Assembly (NCBI GenBank): GCA_050251055.1
Contig: JBFWNL010000007.1
Coordinates: forward strand, 161,612-225,611
Length of the DNA stretch: 64,000 bases
Reading direction: 5' to 3'
Origin: Bacteriovoracia bacterium
GTDB lineage: Bacteria > Bdellovibrionota > UBA1018 > JBFWNL01
This document shows positions 32,262-41,494 of this stretch, piece by piece. Each line of letters begins with the position of its first letter. The stretch's first letter is position 1. The notes beneath the pieces are model-generated. The model saw nothing but the letters and a program-made list of their open reading frames with translations, did not search any database and was not told the origin of the DNA. A program made the translations under genes and the position numbers.

Positions 32262-33019
32262 ATCCGCTTTTTTCGAAAAGTAGCCTCACGATCCTGGAGT
32301 CGTTCTCATTCACTAAGACCCTCTATGCGTTCGACTTTGACGGCACGCTCTCGAAAATCGTGAGAACGCCTTCCGCCGCCACCATTTCCGTTAAGACTAA
32401 CCAGCTTTTGAAGGATCTTTCGTCGCGCGTGCCAGTGGCTATTATTTCCGGCCGCGGACTAGCGGACCTGAAGCGCCGTCTGGTTTTTATTCCGCCGTAT
32501 TTGGTGGGCAACCACGGTTTAGAAGGCCTGCCCGATGGAGCGAGTGGCCTTGATCAGGCAAAAGATGTATGCCGCACTTGGAAAAATGCACTGTCTAAGG
32601 CTTCGTTTGGAGCTGGAGTCGAGATAGAGGACAAGATTTTTTCGTTGGCGATCCATTACCGTCGTTCCCGCCAAAAAAAAATTGCGAAAGCAAAAATCAT
32701 GTCGGCGTTCAACCAACTTGATCCTGCTCCGAAGATCATCGGCGGGAAGTCGGTGGTGAATTTGATCCCGCCGGGGGCCCCGCACAAGGGGGCGGCCGTG
32801 CTGGAGCTGGCCCGTCGGATCGGCGCTCGGCATATCTTTTATATCGGAGACGACGATACGGACGAAGACGTGTTTAGCTTGCCGGATTCTAATCTCCTGT
32901 CGGTGCGGGTGGGGCAGAAGGCTACCTCCCAGGCGCGCTACTACATTCGCTCCCAGTCTGAGATCAATCGTGTTTTGCAGCAGTTGATCCGTTTCCACCC
33001 CGTGGATAAACACCCATGA
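32258..33019 (+). CDS. otsB: Trehalose-6-phosphate phosphatase
   Basis: DFDGTL, ISGR, GNHG, HKG, IGDDDTDED. Confidence 0.92.
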   Translation: MNPLFSKSSLTILESFSFTKTLYAFDFDGTLSKIVRTPSAATISVKTNQLLKDLSSRVPVAIISGRGLADLKRRLVFIPPYLVGNHGLEGLPDGASGLDQAKDVCRTWKNALSKASFGAGVEIEDKIFSLAIHYRRSRQKKIAKAKIMSAFNQLDPAPKIIGGKSVVNLIPPGAPHKGAAVLELARRIGARHIFYIGDDDTDEDVFSLPDSNLLSVRVGQKATSQARYYIRSQSEINRVLQQLIRFHPVDKHP

Positions 33020-33450
33020 GTGATTTCGAGAGATCCCTATTTTCCCTCCTCGATATCAGTGGCGCTATCCATCAGTTCAATAAGGCGTCGGAGCAGCGGC
33101 TGGGTATCAGCCTGGTGCAGTGGTGCCTGTTGCGGAATCTGATCGATATGCCGAGCGCCACCGCCCAGGCCCTGGCCGCGGCCGCCGGGGTGCATCCCAG
33201 TACGCTGACCCAGACATTAAAGCGGTTGGCCCGGAAGGGATTCGTGTTCATTACGGAAGACCCCCGCGATTCTCGTAAACGACTAGTGTCGATTACCCGG
33301 GCGGGAAAAGAATGCTTGGAAAAATCTAGCCCCCAGCTAAGGGAGTGGCTTAGTGAACTGGGTCCCCTAAGTGCGGACCTTTCTTCAGTGAGCGCGCATC
33401 TCAGCGACCAGGTTATTCGCCATCGAAAAGCAGGCGATCCCGGATCTTGA
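33016..33450 (+). CDS. MarR family transcriptional regulator
   Basis: STLTQTLKRLARKGFV, DPRDSR, ITRAG. Confidence 0.85.
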   Translation: MSDFERSLFSLLDISGAIHQFNKASEQRLGISLVQWCLLRNLIDMPSATAQALAAAAGVHPSTLTQTLKRLARKGFVFITEDPRDSRKRLVSITRAGKECLEKSSPQLREWLSELGPLSADLSSVSAHLSDQVIRHRKAGDPGS

Positions 33451-34171
33451 TCACGGAGTGGCGCTGGTGACCGTCCAGGTACTCGGCTCTTAGCACGTAG
33501 TCGCCGGTTTCTAGAGTTCGCCAGCCTGCCCAGAAGTCGATGGTTTCAGCCGTATTCTTCCATACGATAACGCATGCTCGGCTGTACTGCGCCGAACGAG
33601 GCGCTCCGGCTGCGTTCATTTCTCCTTGGGTGTCGCACCAACGTGTCTCCTGACGTCGGGTGAATTGCAGGGTGCGCCCGTAGTAGTCGGCCGTCGGGAC
33701 ATTCTCTTGGGCACCGTGCTCCGATCCGTCCGCGTTGAGTAGGCGCAGATTCAGGAGTTGGTCGGAATCGCGCGGGCTGAGATAAAACGCAACGTAGGTA
33801 TTGATGGAGTTCTGCCGCGCACTCACTTGAGAGTTCAAGTGAGCTTGGGCGCTTAATGAACTAAAAACGTCGCCGGAGCGATGAAAGTGGGACCCGTTGT
33901 GAAAGGCGCGGGTGAACTGCTCCGTGCTTGCCGGTACGAGATAGGTCTGGCGCGACACGATGGAAGTGAGGATCATGATTTTTTCGAAAGGGACGCTGAT
34001 GGATTCTTCCCCGCCAGGAGTGGGCAGGCCTACGTTACCCGTGGAGTTGGCCTCGGCCGCTGGCCCTCGTGCCATGAGTGCGGTGGATTTGAGTTCCTGG
34101 ACCCGAGCGCATCCACCCAATACGAAGATACTGAACCCAATTAGTGCGAGTTTGTAGAAACTGATTTTCAT
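33413..34171 (-). CDS. Hypothetical lipoprotein
   Basis: LGGC lipobox. Confidence 0.55.
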   Translation of the reverse strand: MKISFYKLALIGFSIFVLGGCARVQELKSTALMARGPAAEANSTGNVGLPTPGGEESISVPFEKIMILTSIVSRQTYLVPASTEQFTRAFHNGSHFHRSGDVFSSLSAQAHLNSQVSARQNSINTYVAFYLSPRDSDQLLNLRLLNADGSEHGAQENVPTADYYGRTLQFTRRQETRWCDTQGEMNAAGAPRSAQYSRACVIVWKNTAETIDFWAGWRTLETGDYVLRAEYLDGHQRHSVIKIRDRLLFDGE

Positions 34172-34274
34172 GCGGCCCCCCATAGGATGGGAACCCGGCC
34201 ATCGTCTGGGTCTGATGCGCTATGCTAAATAAAGCATATTTCCCCGGTGGGTCTCCGTAGACCCAGACGAATCG

Positions 34275-34622
34275 TTAGAGTTCTGAGATTTCACTCTTGC
34301 AAGCGTCATAAGCGTCTCCGGCGCGATCCATGCAGCCCAGCCAGGCGGTGACGAGCGCGTTTTTGCAAGCCGAACGGTATTCTTCACAACCCTCTTCGCA
34401 ATAACCAAAAATATCCAGTCCGCATTGCCCCAGGCAATAGTTCGCGCCTTCGTTGCAGTTGCGTTCACCCATGTATTGCTGACGATCGCAGATCGCGGCC
34501 GCGGTTTGGTACTCCCCGTAACAATTACGCTTTTTCGGCTTTAGATAGGCGGTTTCGCCGATCGCTAATCCGCTTGAGAAGGAGATGAGTAATAGGCATG
34601 CCGGTATGATGGATCGTTGCAT
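34275..34622 (-). CDS. Small secreted Cys-rich protein (symmetrical Cys spacing)
   Basis: Signal peptide; 10 mature Cys; GGGGGA RBS. Confidence 0.7.
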   Translation of the reverse strand: MQRSIIPACLLLISFSSGLAIGETAYLKPKKRNCYGEYQTAAAICDRQQYMGERNCNEGANYCLGQCGLDIFGYCEEGCEEYRSACKNALVTAWLGCMDRAGDAYDACKSEISEL

Positions 34623-34745
34623 TTTGAGTCCCCCGTAAGTCTATTGTCGCCAGATATGGGGGAAGTGGCGATCGTAGGTTGATCGCGCTCAGTTTTAGTG
34701 CTTTCTCGTGCTTTCTAGGGGGGGGGGCAATTCAATTTTGGTCAA

Positions 34746-34777
34746 AAAAAATCCCGGCATTTCTGCCGGGATTTTTT
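34746..34777. terminator. Bidirectional intrinsic terminator
   Basis: AAAAAATCCCGGCA-TTTC-TGCCGGGATTTTTT. Confidence 0.8.
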
Positions 34778-34808
34778 GGGCTAAGGCAGCGCAAATTCAG
34801 CGCCACGA

Positions 34809-35114
34809 CTAGCTGGTTACCACGGCTTCTCTTTTTTCCGGAGGGGCGTTCCCGGCGTCCGTTTGCTTGTTCGACGCTTGCAATAGGGGCGCCACGGAGG
34901 TTCTAAACGCCGTTAGCTCCCTCATCGCGGCTTCTTCGGAAAGGTTGTAATACGCCGCAATTTTCTTGGGCAAGATGCCGAAATCTTTTTTAATGGACTC
35001 GAGGTCCAGATCCGTAAAGCGGGTGAACTTCAGCTTGAGCTCGAATTTGAGCTTGTCCCAGTTGTGGGCGATGGCTTCGGGATCAATGGCAGGCATAGTC
35101 GCGTGACTGTTCAT
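34809..35114 (-). CDS. CsbD/YjbJ-like stress protein
   Basis: IAHNWDKLK..FTDLDL..KIAAYYNLSEEAA pattern; AAGGAG RBS. Confidence 0.65.
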   Translation of the reverse strand: MNSHATMPAIDPEAIAHNWDKLKFELKLKFTRFTDLDLESIKKDFGILPKKIAAYYNLSEEAAMRELTAFRTSVAPLLQASNKQTDAGNAPPEKREAVVTS

Positions 35115-35275
35115 GGAGTCTCCTTTCGTCAACGACAAGTGATCATAAGTTAGTTTGTGTGGCTGATGAGCAACTAGAATGCCTTGCCTAAATTAATAAT
35201 AAAAATAGATATTATGTATAGAATGCATACATTAAATATATATATGTAACGGCGCACCATGCCGCGTCAGGGTTG

Positions 35276-38200
35276 TCAGCCGGTCGTCAGCATTCCGCAG
35301 GCAATTCCCACGATCGTCTCTTTTAAGAGGAACTCGTTCTGTCTCTTCATGGCAAGGACCTGGATCAAGTTCAGGATATGAATATGGGGGGACCTCAGCC
35401 GGATGCTCTCTTCTAACCAAGGGCGGTGCCAAATGAGATCCTTCTGTCCACTGATCTCTCGGGTGAAGGTCTTTGCCCACTCGTATTCTTGCCGAATGGG
35501 CTCGAGCGCCGCTACCGAGTCTCCCTCAAAATACAACTCCCACACATCCAGTTTGACTTTAGTGAGGGTGAAACCCAACGCTTTCACGAACGAGGAAAAG
35601 AAAGGGTCCACTTTGAATAGATCCTGGAGTTCCTTCTTCTCGGCGTCATTGGCCGCGCTCCACGCCGTTCCCACGCCCCACCAGGTGGGGAGCAGGGCGC
35701 GGGTTTGTGTCCAGCAAAGCACCCAGGGGATCGCCCTAAGGGATTCTACGGAGTAGCGGCCGGGGGTCGGGCGTTTCGAGGGGCGAGATCCAATTCGCAG
35801 GACATCTAAATACTTATAAGGAGTGGCGTCCAGGAGGGGACCGAGGCGGCTTTGATCCGAAACGAGCCGGTGGTACTCGCTTTCGATGCGGGAAGTAAAA
35901 TTATCCAGGGCCTTCGACGGATTCGGCTTATGCCTCCTAACTTTTCTGCGCGTGGCTTCGGCCGTAAAATGGGCGCATTGCGAGTTTAATATTTCCTTCG
36001 TTACGAAGAGACGTTGGATCATCTCTCCTTGAATCGTCATCTTCGGTGCTTCGACCGCCGATCGGGCCCACCACGACACCTGTTCCCTTAGGCTGCCGCC
36101 CCCGCGTGCCACGCTTCCACCCGAGCCATGGAAAAAGATCGGTTGAAAACGGAAGGATTTCACCACCCGTTCGATCTTCTCCATCGCCTTTTCAATGAGA
36201 AAGCGGCTGGGCAAGACCCCGGTCTGCTTGGCGGAGTCAGAGTACCCCAGCATCACCTCGACTTTTCCGGACCAGTGGCGACGAACCCGTTCGGAGTTGC
36301 GAGTGGAGCCAAGCCAATTCTTCAGGATGGTCGTCGAGTGAATCAGCGCGTCGCGGGTTTCAAACAGCGGCACCACCGGGAGGTTCTTGCTGCGACAGAT
36401 TTTGTCGATGAGCTTGCAGGCGTGGTCGATATCGGTCTCCGATTCGCAGTGGGAGATCACAAACCCGCGGGCATAGTGGGTGATGTCCCCGCTGCCAGTA
36501 ATCTTGGTGAGCTCTTTGAGCATACCGCAGATGGGTTGCTTGGGATCTCCGACGGCGTCACGGATGGACTGAGAATCTTCACGAAGTTCGATGGGCAGCA
36601 CGAAGCCGGGAAATATATCGACCATGCGGACGACGTGAAGAAGTTGTTCGTGTTGTCTAAGGAAGGGGCCGGTTTTGGCGTAAAATTTCCTAAATTTCAG
36701 GGTCCATTTTTTAAGCCGGTCCCCATCACCCACCCGAAGTTCCAGCAGCTGGCCGAGTTCACGCCGGAAAGCGCGCAAAGCGTTCGCGTCTTTAGCCGGG
36801 ACCCGGTTCGACTCAGGCACTTCGCCGCAATCTGAAATCACGGCGGTGAGTTTATCTTCGAGGATGGAGACCACGCGTTTCCTGGAGGCCTGCAGGCATT
36901 GCTTCATGACGGCGTGATCCACGCCCGGGTGGCCGTCTTTGTCGCCTCCCACCCAGGTGTGAAGGCTTAGCTCATACCCGGGTTTGTCCTGCAGGATGAC
37001 GTCGAAGATGTTTTTAGAGAAAACCGTCGAGAAAATATGGTCCGCTTCGTCTAGGACGCTCGGCCTTTCGGAGCGAGCGAGGGGCTGCAGCCAAAGCTTT
37101 CGTAGTTGGGTGGATAGGGAGTGATCATTTAAGATAAAGTTGTCGTGAATGCCTTCCACGAGCATTTGTTGCAATGCCTGCAGGGTTGCTAACGTGCCCG
37201 GGGCACGGGCTTCCGTGGGGTGGGCGGTCAATACGTAGGTGAGCTTTGTTTTTGATTTCAGTCCTTGCGGGAATGCCCGTTGCCGAAGGCGCCAGGTACG
37301 GTAGGCCGCTTCGCATACGTTCACGACCTCCAGCTGAAGTGAAAAAGCGTGAGCTAGCTTTAAGAGGTCATCGGTTTTTTCGTGGGATAACTTGCTTAGG
37401 AGTTTTTTCAGTTCAAGCCTCTCGGCTTGCGGATTTCGCGCGGCCTTGAGGTACTTTCGGTAGGACTCTACTTTCTTGTAGAAGTCGTCTCCTTCGAGTT
37501 CGCGAATCGCGTGTCCCAAGAGGGTTGTCGCCCGGCGAACGACACGACGAAGTTCCTTTGGAAGAAACTGGGGGGTGAATTTCTCTCCTTTTAGGAACAG
37601 GTTCATGTTGATGGACTGCTCGCGCTGATCGAGTTCGGTCGCGATCTCCGGATTTAGCCACTCAATGACCGCGGCGTAACCCAAGCTCTCGGGGTCATTA
37701 AAGAGGTAATTTGCCGCGACATCAATCGCGCGGAAGCCTTGGCCGAGCTGAAAGCTCAACGTGGGGTCGTAGATCTCTTTGGCGACTACTTTTCTGACGT
37801 ATTCCTGGGGCGTGAGTTTTTCCTGAAACTTGCCGTAGCCGCGTAGACGGGCGCCCGCACGGATACGTTTTAGCCCGTATTTTTTGGCGATTTCCTGCCG
37901 TCCGCGGTAAAGGAGCTTTCCGACCCCCTGTCCCCGGTACTCGGGATCCACCATGACTTCCGCGCCGTAGAGAGTCTTCCCCTTGGCGGGATCGTGGTTA
38001 TGAAAGAAACCCGCCGAAGTAAAATCCTGCCAGTTGTCTTGATGGGAATAATCGTTCCAATAGACGATCAGGCTAAACGCCATGCCGATGACGCGTCCGC
38101 TAGCCTTCTCCAGGACCACGAGTTGGCCGTCGGGAAAATAAGCACGGTGGGATTCGAGCTGCGCGAGTGACCAGGGCTTCGAGAACGGGTAGACCCTTCG

Positions 38201-38293
38201 GCAAAGATCTTGGATTTTTTCAAAATGTTGGGGCAGCGGATGGGTGAGTACGTAGGGAGATTGGCTTTTGGACTTACCCGCCGAGCGTGACAT
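35276..38293 (-). CDS. ppc: GNAT acetyltransferase-phosphoenolpyruvate carboxylase fusion
   Basis: N-terminal VDPEYRGQGVG and DPTLSFQL; C-terminal LTAHPTE, PLFET, MLGYSDS, QGE, GSRP, LRAIPW. Confidence 0.85.
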   Translation of the reverse strand: MSRSAGKSKSQSPYVLTHPLPQHFEKIQDLCRRVYPFSKPWSLAQLESHRAYFPDGQLVVLEKASGRVIGMAFSLIVYWNDYSHQDNWQDFTSAGFFHNHDPAKGKTLYGAEVMVDPEYRGQGVGKLLYRGRQEIAKKYGLKRIRAGARLRGYGKFQEKLTPQEYVRKVVAKEIYDPTLSFQLGQGFRAIDVAANYLFNDPESLGYAAVIEWLNPEIATELDQREQSINMNLFLKGEKFTPQFLPKELRRVVRRATTLLGHAIRELEGDDFYKKVESYRKYLKAARNPQAERLELKKLLSKLSHEKTDDLLKLAHAFSLQLEVVNVCEAAYRTWRLRQRAFPQGLKSKTKLTYVLTAHPTEARAPGTLATLQALQQMLVEGIHDNFILNDHSLSTQLRKLWLQPLARSERPSVLDEADHIFSTVFSKNIFDVILQDKPGYELSLHTWVGGDKDGHPGVDHAVMKQCLQASRKRVVSILEDKLTAVISDCGEVPESNRVPAKDANALRAFRRELGQLLELRVGDGDRLKKWTLKFRKFYAKTGPFLRQHEQLLHVVRMVDIFPGFVLPIELREDSQSIRDAVGDPKQPICGMLKELTKITGSGDITHYARGFVISHCESETDIDHACKLIDKICRSKNLPVVPLFETRDALIHSTTILKNWLGSTRNSERVRRHWSGKVEVMLGYSDSAKQTGVLPSRFLIEKAMEKIERVVKSFRFQPIFFHGSGGSVARGGGSLREQVSWWARSAVEAPKMTIQGEMIQRLFVTKEILNSQCAHFTAEATRRKVRRHKPNPSKALDNFTSRIESEYHRLVSDQSRLGPLLDATPYKYLDVLRIGSRPSKRPTPGRYSVESLRAIPWVLCWTQTRALLPTWWGVGTAWSAANDAEKKELQDLFKVDPFFSSFVKALGFTLTKVKLDVWELYFEGDSVAALEPIRQEYEWAKTFTREISGQKDLIWHRPWLEESIRLRSPHIHILNLIQVLAMKRQNEFLLKETIVGIACGMLTTG

Positions 38294-39194
38294 GATCCAC
38301 CATCTTTAAAAGTTCTTCGGTCGTCTGGCTATCGTGAAGCGGCAGCACCGTACCGTGCTTTCGGGTCTCTTCGATGAGCGCTAAGTTGATGTCGCCGATA
38401 ATCATGCTTTCCTGGTTGGGGGCGCCTTCCGCCAGCAGCCCATCGCGAGAAAACGAATAATCGCTGGGGGTATAGATCGCAGCTTGTCCGTAATTGAGGG
38501 ACACGGCGGGCACGGTGGGCAGGGACCCCACGGTCGGCGAGTGAATGACGTACATTTGATTTTCGACGGCGCGGGCCTGCGCGCAGTACCGAACCCGGAG
38601 GTAGCCTTGCCGATCATCGGTGCAGCTTGGTACGACTAAGAAGTGAGCGCCGAGACGAGCGGCGGTTCGTGCGATTTCCGGAAATTCGACGTCATAACAA
38701 ATCGCCACCGCGAATTTTCCCCATTCGGTCTCGAATATCCGTAGGCGAGTCCCCGGGCTGACAAACCATTCTTCTTTTTCGAAGCGGGTCATATGAAGCT
38801 TGGCTTGCAGGCTCGAGCTTCCGTCCGGGGCGAATACATAACATTTATTAAGAACTTTCGTTTTCGTTTCGTCGAATCCAGGAAGGGTGCCGCCCACCAC
38901 GGTAAGCCGGTTTTTTTTTGAAAGGTCCGAGAGAAGCTCGACAGTACGGTTTTCCTGGCTGGCGAGGTCGCGAATCTGCTCGACGATTGGGCGCTTCACG
39001 TTTCCGAGCGTGAGCAGCTGGGTGGTGAAGTATTCCGGGAACACCAGCAGTTTTACTTTGTAATCCCTGGCGGTTTCAATGAGCGCCTCGACTTGGTGAG
39101 CGAAGTCGTCGAACGACTGGACGGGACGAATGAAGTATTGCAGGGACGCGACGCGTACGCGGCCGAGTTCTTTTCCGCTGGGGGTGGGTGTCAT
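38274..39194 (-). CDS. Carbon-nitrogen hydrolase (nitrilase superfamily)
   Basis: FPEY, KLH, ICYDVEFPE triad; CAQARAVENQ. Confidence 0.9.
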   Translation of the reverse strand: MTPTPSGKELGRVRVASLQYFIRPVQSFDDFAHQVEALIETARDYKVKLLVFPEYFTTQLLTLGNVKRPIVEQIRDLASQENRTVELLSDLSKKNRLTVVGGTLPGFDETKTKVLNKCYVFAPDGSSSLQAKLHMTRFEKEEWFVSPGTRLRIFETEWGKFAVAICYDVEFPEIARTAARLGAHFLVVPSCTDDRQGYLRVRYCAQARAVENQMYVIHSPTVGSLPTVPAVSLNYGQAAIYTPSDYSFSRDGLLAEGAPNQESMIIGDINLALIEETRKHGTVLPLHDSQTTEELLKMVDHVTLGG

Positions 39195-39389
39195 TTCATT
39201 TCCTTTCGTCTGAGAAGGTTTATCCCATAGGTAGGGGTAGATCTCCAAGGGGGATAGGGTTGATTCTAAAGGTTTTATTCCATTGGTAGTTTGGTCGTGG
39301 TGTCACGCACGGGGTTGATGACATCATAAAAATCAAAATTTAAAATAAATAAATTATAAGACATTGATATTAATAACTAAAAAAAATTA

Positions 39390-39424
39390 TAAAAATACAT
39401 AATTTGACACATTATGTATTTTTA
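39390..39424. promoter_or_regulatory. 14-bp perfect inverted repeat (operator-like)
   Basis: TAAAAATACATAAT-TTGACAC-ATTATGTATTTTTA in divergent intergenic region. Confidence 0.5.
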
Positions 39425-39489
39425 GAGGCTCATCTAAAGTGTTTTAGAGGATGAGTAAGGGGCTCATTCGAATTTCTGAGGAGGGTAAA

Positions 39490-39855
39490 ATGAGAGTGAG
39501 TTTTTTTTGCTTCGTGGTTTCTGTTTGTTTTTCTTTAAATGTCTATGCTGAGGCGACCGGTGGAATTGTTCTGCGGCCGAGTCAGAAAATTCAAAAACCA
39601 AAGCTCTGTATCTGTTACTGCGTACATCACGATGAGGAAGGTAACCAAGTAAACATTACTGATCCCTTCATTCGCATACTCACTCCAGGCGGCGTGGGTG
39701 ATCCGATTGGAACGAGTCTATTTCAAGGGGGGAATTCTTGTAAGGCATTAAATTCAGAAAACCCCACTCATGTCCCTCAGTGTCAGCCATTTCTTCAAGT
39801 GGGAATTCCGGTGCAGCTTCGCTGCCTCAATCCGCAGGTGGGACCGGTTTATTAG
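39490..39855 (+). CDS. Hypothetical secreted Cys-containing protein
   Basis: GAGGAGGG RBS, signal peptide VYA|E, CICYC. Confidence 0.55.
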   Translation: MRVSFFCFVVSVCFSLNVYAEATGGIVLRPSQKIQKPKLCICYCVHHDEEGNQVNITDPFIRILTPGGVGDPIGTSLFQGGNSCKALNSENPTHVPQCQPFLQVGIPVQLRCLNPQVGPVY

Positions 39856-39927
39856 CCTCGAGGTTTTCGTGCCGGGTCCTTCGGATTGAGTTTCCTTGGG
39901 GCCCGGCTTCGGTCGGAAACAAACGCA

Positions 39928-39958
39928 AACGCCGCGGCACTTGCGTGCACGCGGCGTT
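39928..39958 (-). terminator. Hairpin downstream of tRNA 3' fragment (likely original tRNA terminator)
   Basis: AACGCCGCG..CGCGGCGTT stem followed by T-rich sequence on the minus strand. Confidence 0.5.
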
Positions 39959-39963
39959 GGTAT

Positions 39964-39981
39964 TGGTTGCGGGGGCAGGAT
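39964..39981 (-). repeat. att site: 3' end of tRNA-Met (initiator-type), ATCCTGCCCCCGCAACCA
   Basis: Matches initiator tRNA T-arm/acceptor + CCA; rest of tRNA absent; 250 bp from integrase. Confidence 0.8.
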
Positions 39982-40061
39982 CTCACTCAGGCCATCCTGG
40001 CCTTCGCCCTACGGGCGCGCTTCGCGCGTGCGATCTTGCCCGCCTGGCAAAATCGTGAATC
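39979..40061 (+). ncRNA. Multi-stem structured element resembling c4-antisense-like RNA
   Basis: Closing GATCTCAC/GTGAATC with hairpins AGGCCA/TGGCCT, CGCCC-TAC-GGGCG, CGCG-CTTCG-CGCG, CGATCTTGCC/GGCAAAATCG. Confidence 0.45.
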
Positions 40062-40118
40062 TACGATAGCTCACTTCGTTCGCATCGCAGGTTCAACTCT
40101 CTACCCACGCTACAAATG

Positions 40119-40157
40119 AAAAAGGCCTACCTGGCACGAGGCCAGGCAGGCCTTTTT
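40119..40157. terminator. Bidirectional intrinsic terminator downstream of integrase
   Basis: AAAAAGGCCTACCTGGC..GCCAGGCAGGCCTTTTT. Confidence 0.75.
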
Positions 40158-40230
40158 GATTGGTTGCCTCGTCGTAAATCGAGGCATTTCAATATTTTAG
40201 CGATCTTGGCATCCAGTAGGTATCCATCTC

Positions 40231-41484
40231 TTATCGCTTTAAAAGCGACCTACTATGCAGCGGAATCACTACCGCGTCGCGAACCCCATTGATTGCAAAC
40301 TTTTCTCCTACTGCGTTCATGAGTGCCTTGTTGGTTTCAAGCGGTTCATTTGACCGGTAATCCAGTGGATCTGTGATTCCCTTGTCGTCTACGCCAGAGA
40401 GTCTGACATAGTGCATCATTGTCTTGACGCTTGTCCAGCCACCCACGCGCATGACGCTTGGGATATCCACCCCACGCTTGAGCAATTCGGTGGCAAAGCA
40501 CGCTCTGAGGGTATGGAAGCAAACCGGGGTTATCCCGATCTCCTCGCAAAATAACCGCAGTTTCCTTGCTTGCTCACCGTTCTGCCAAAGGCCAGGTCTA
40601 GGCAAAACGTATCCAGGGTACCTACAGGCCCCCCGTTGGAGGTCGTGGTCATGGATGTTCTTCAATTCCAGCACAATTTCCCAAAGCGGATTACAGATGG
40701 AGATGTGTCGCCACTCTCCAGTCTTGGTGCATTTTTCCTCTTTGGTTTTCTTGTTAAAGGAACGCTGTACAGTGATCATCTGATCCTGAAAGTCGATATC
40801 CGACCACTTTAACGCGTAAAGCTCGCCGTTCCGACATCCAGTATAAACTGCAAACGCCCAAATGAAATACCAACTCGGCTCATAGGATCTGGCAAAGGTC
40901 AGTAGCTTCTTGATTTCATCTTCACGCAGAATTTCAGTTCGCATCCGACGGCGGCTTTTGATAGTTACGCCGACCGTTGGACTCTGTTTCATCCCGCGGA
41001 CATGATCGAATAGAATGCCAAACTCGAAAACCTTTCTTAGGTCTCCGCGCATTTTGCCAATCGTCACATCGGACACTTTCTGCTCTTTCATGTGGTGAAA
41101 GAGTTTAGTGACATCCATTGCGCCAATCCTATTCGCAAGCTCTCTGTACCAATGCGGAGTCCATTTATGCAAAGCACTGATCGAATTATCTAGGGTTTGG
41201 CGCCCCTGAACCCATTCCCCATTCACCAGTTTTTCCCTGGCATGCAGCTCGTAGAGTCCGAGTAGCTTCTCCCAATGTATTCCTTCGACTTCGCGCTGTG
41301 CCTTTATTTTTTCGGCTTCACGTAAAAGGTCACGTTCTATTAAATTCGCTTTGTTTGATCCCAAAGTGACGTCATCAAATCTTTTTCTTAGCTGGATTCG
41401 GCCATTCGGGTAATCTTTGCAGCGAACACTGACGTAAATCAGTAACCGATCTCTTCCTCGTTCATTGACTATTTTCTGCGGCAT
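40231..41484 (-). CDS. int: Tyrosine recombinase/integrase
   Basis: YTGCRNGE, TKT, FHTLR, GGW, MHY catalytic set. Confidence 0.92.
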   Translation of the reverse strand: MPQKIVNERGRDRLLIYVSVRCKDYPNGRIQLRKRFDDVTLGSNKANLIERDLLREAEKIKAQREVEGIHWEKLLGLYELHAREKLVNGEWVQGRQTLDNSISALHKWTPHWYRELANRIGAMDVTKLFHHMKEQKVSDVTIGKMRGDLRKVFEFGILFDHVRGMKQSPTVGVTIKSRRRMRTEILREDEIKKLLTFARSYEPSWYFIWAFAVYTGCRNGELYALKWSDIDFQDQMITVQRSFNKKTKEEKCTKTGEWRHISICNPLWEIVLELKNIHDHDLQRGACRYPGYVLPRPGLWQNGEQARKLRLFCEEIGITPVCFHTLRACFATELLKRGVDIPSVMRVGGWTSVKTMMHYVRLSGVDDKGITDPLDYRSNEPLETNKALMNAVGEKFAINGVRDAVVIPLHSRSLLKR

Positions 41485-41494
41485 AATACTTCTC

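Noticed and set aside
39900-40110. Complete tRNA gene
   Set aside because: Only 18 nt of the 3' end match; no D or anticodon arm
39886-40119. 77-aa ORF over the att region
   Set aside because: Runs through the tRNA fragment and hairpins; no RBS or family features
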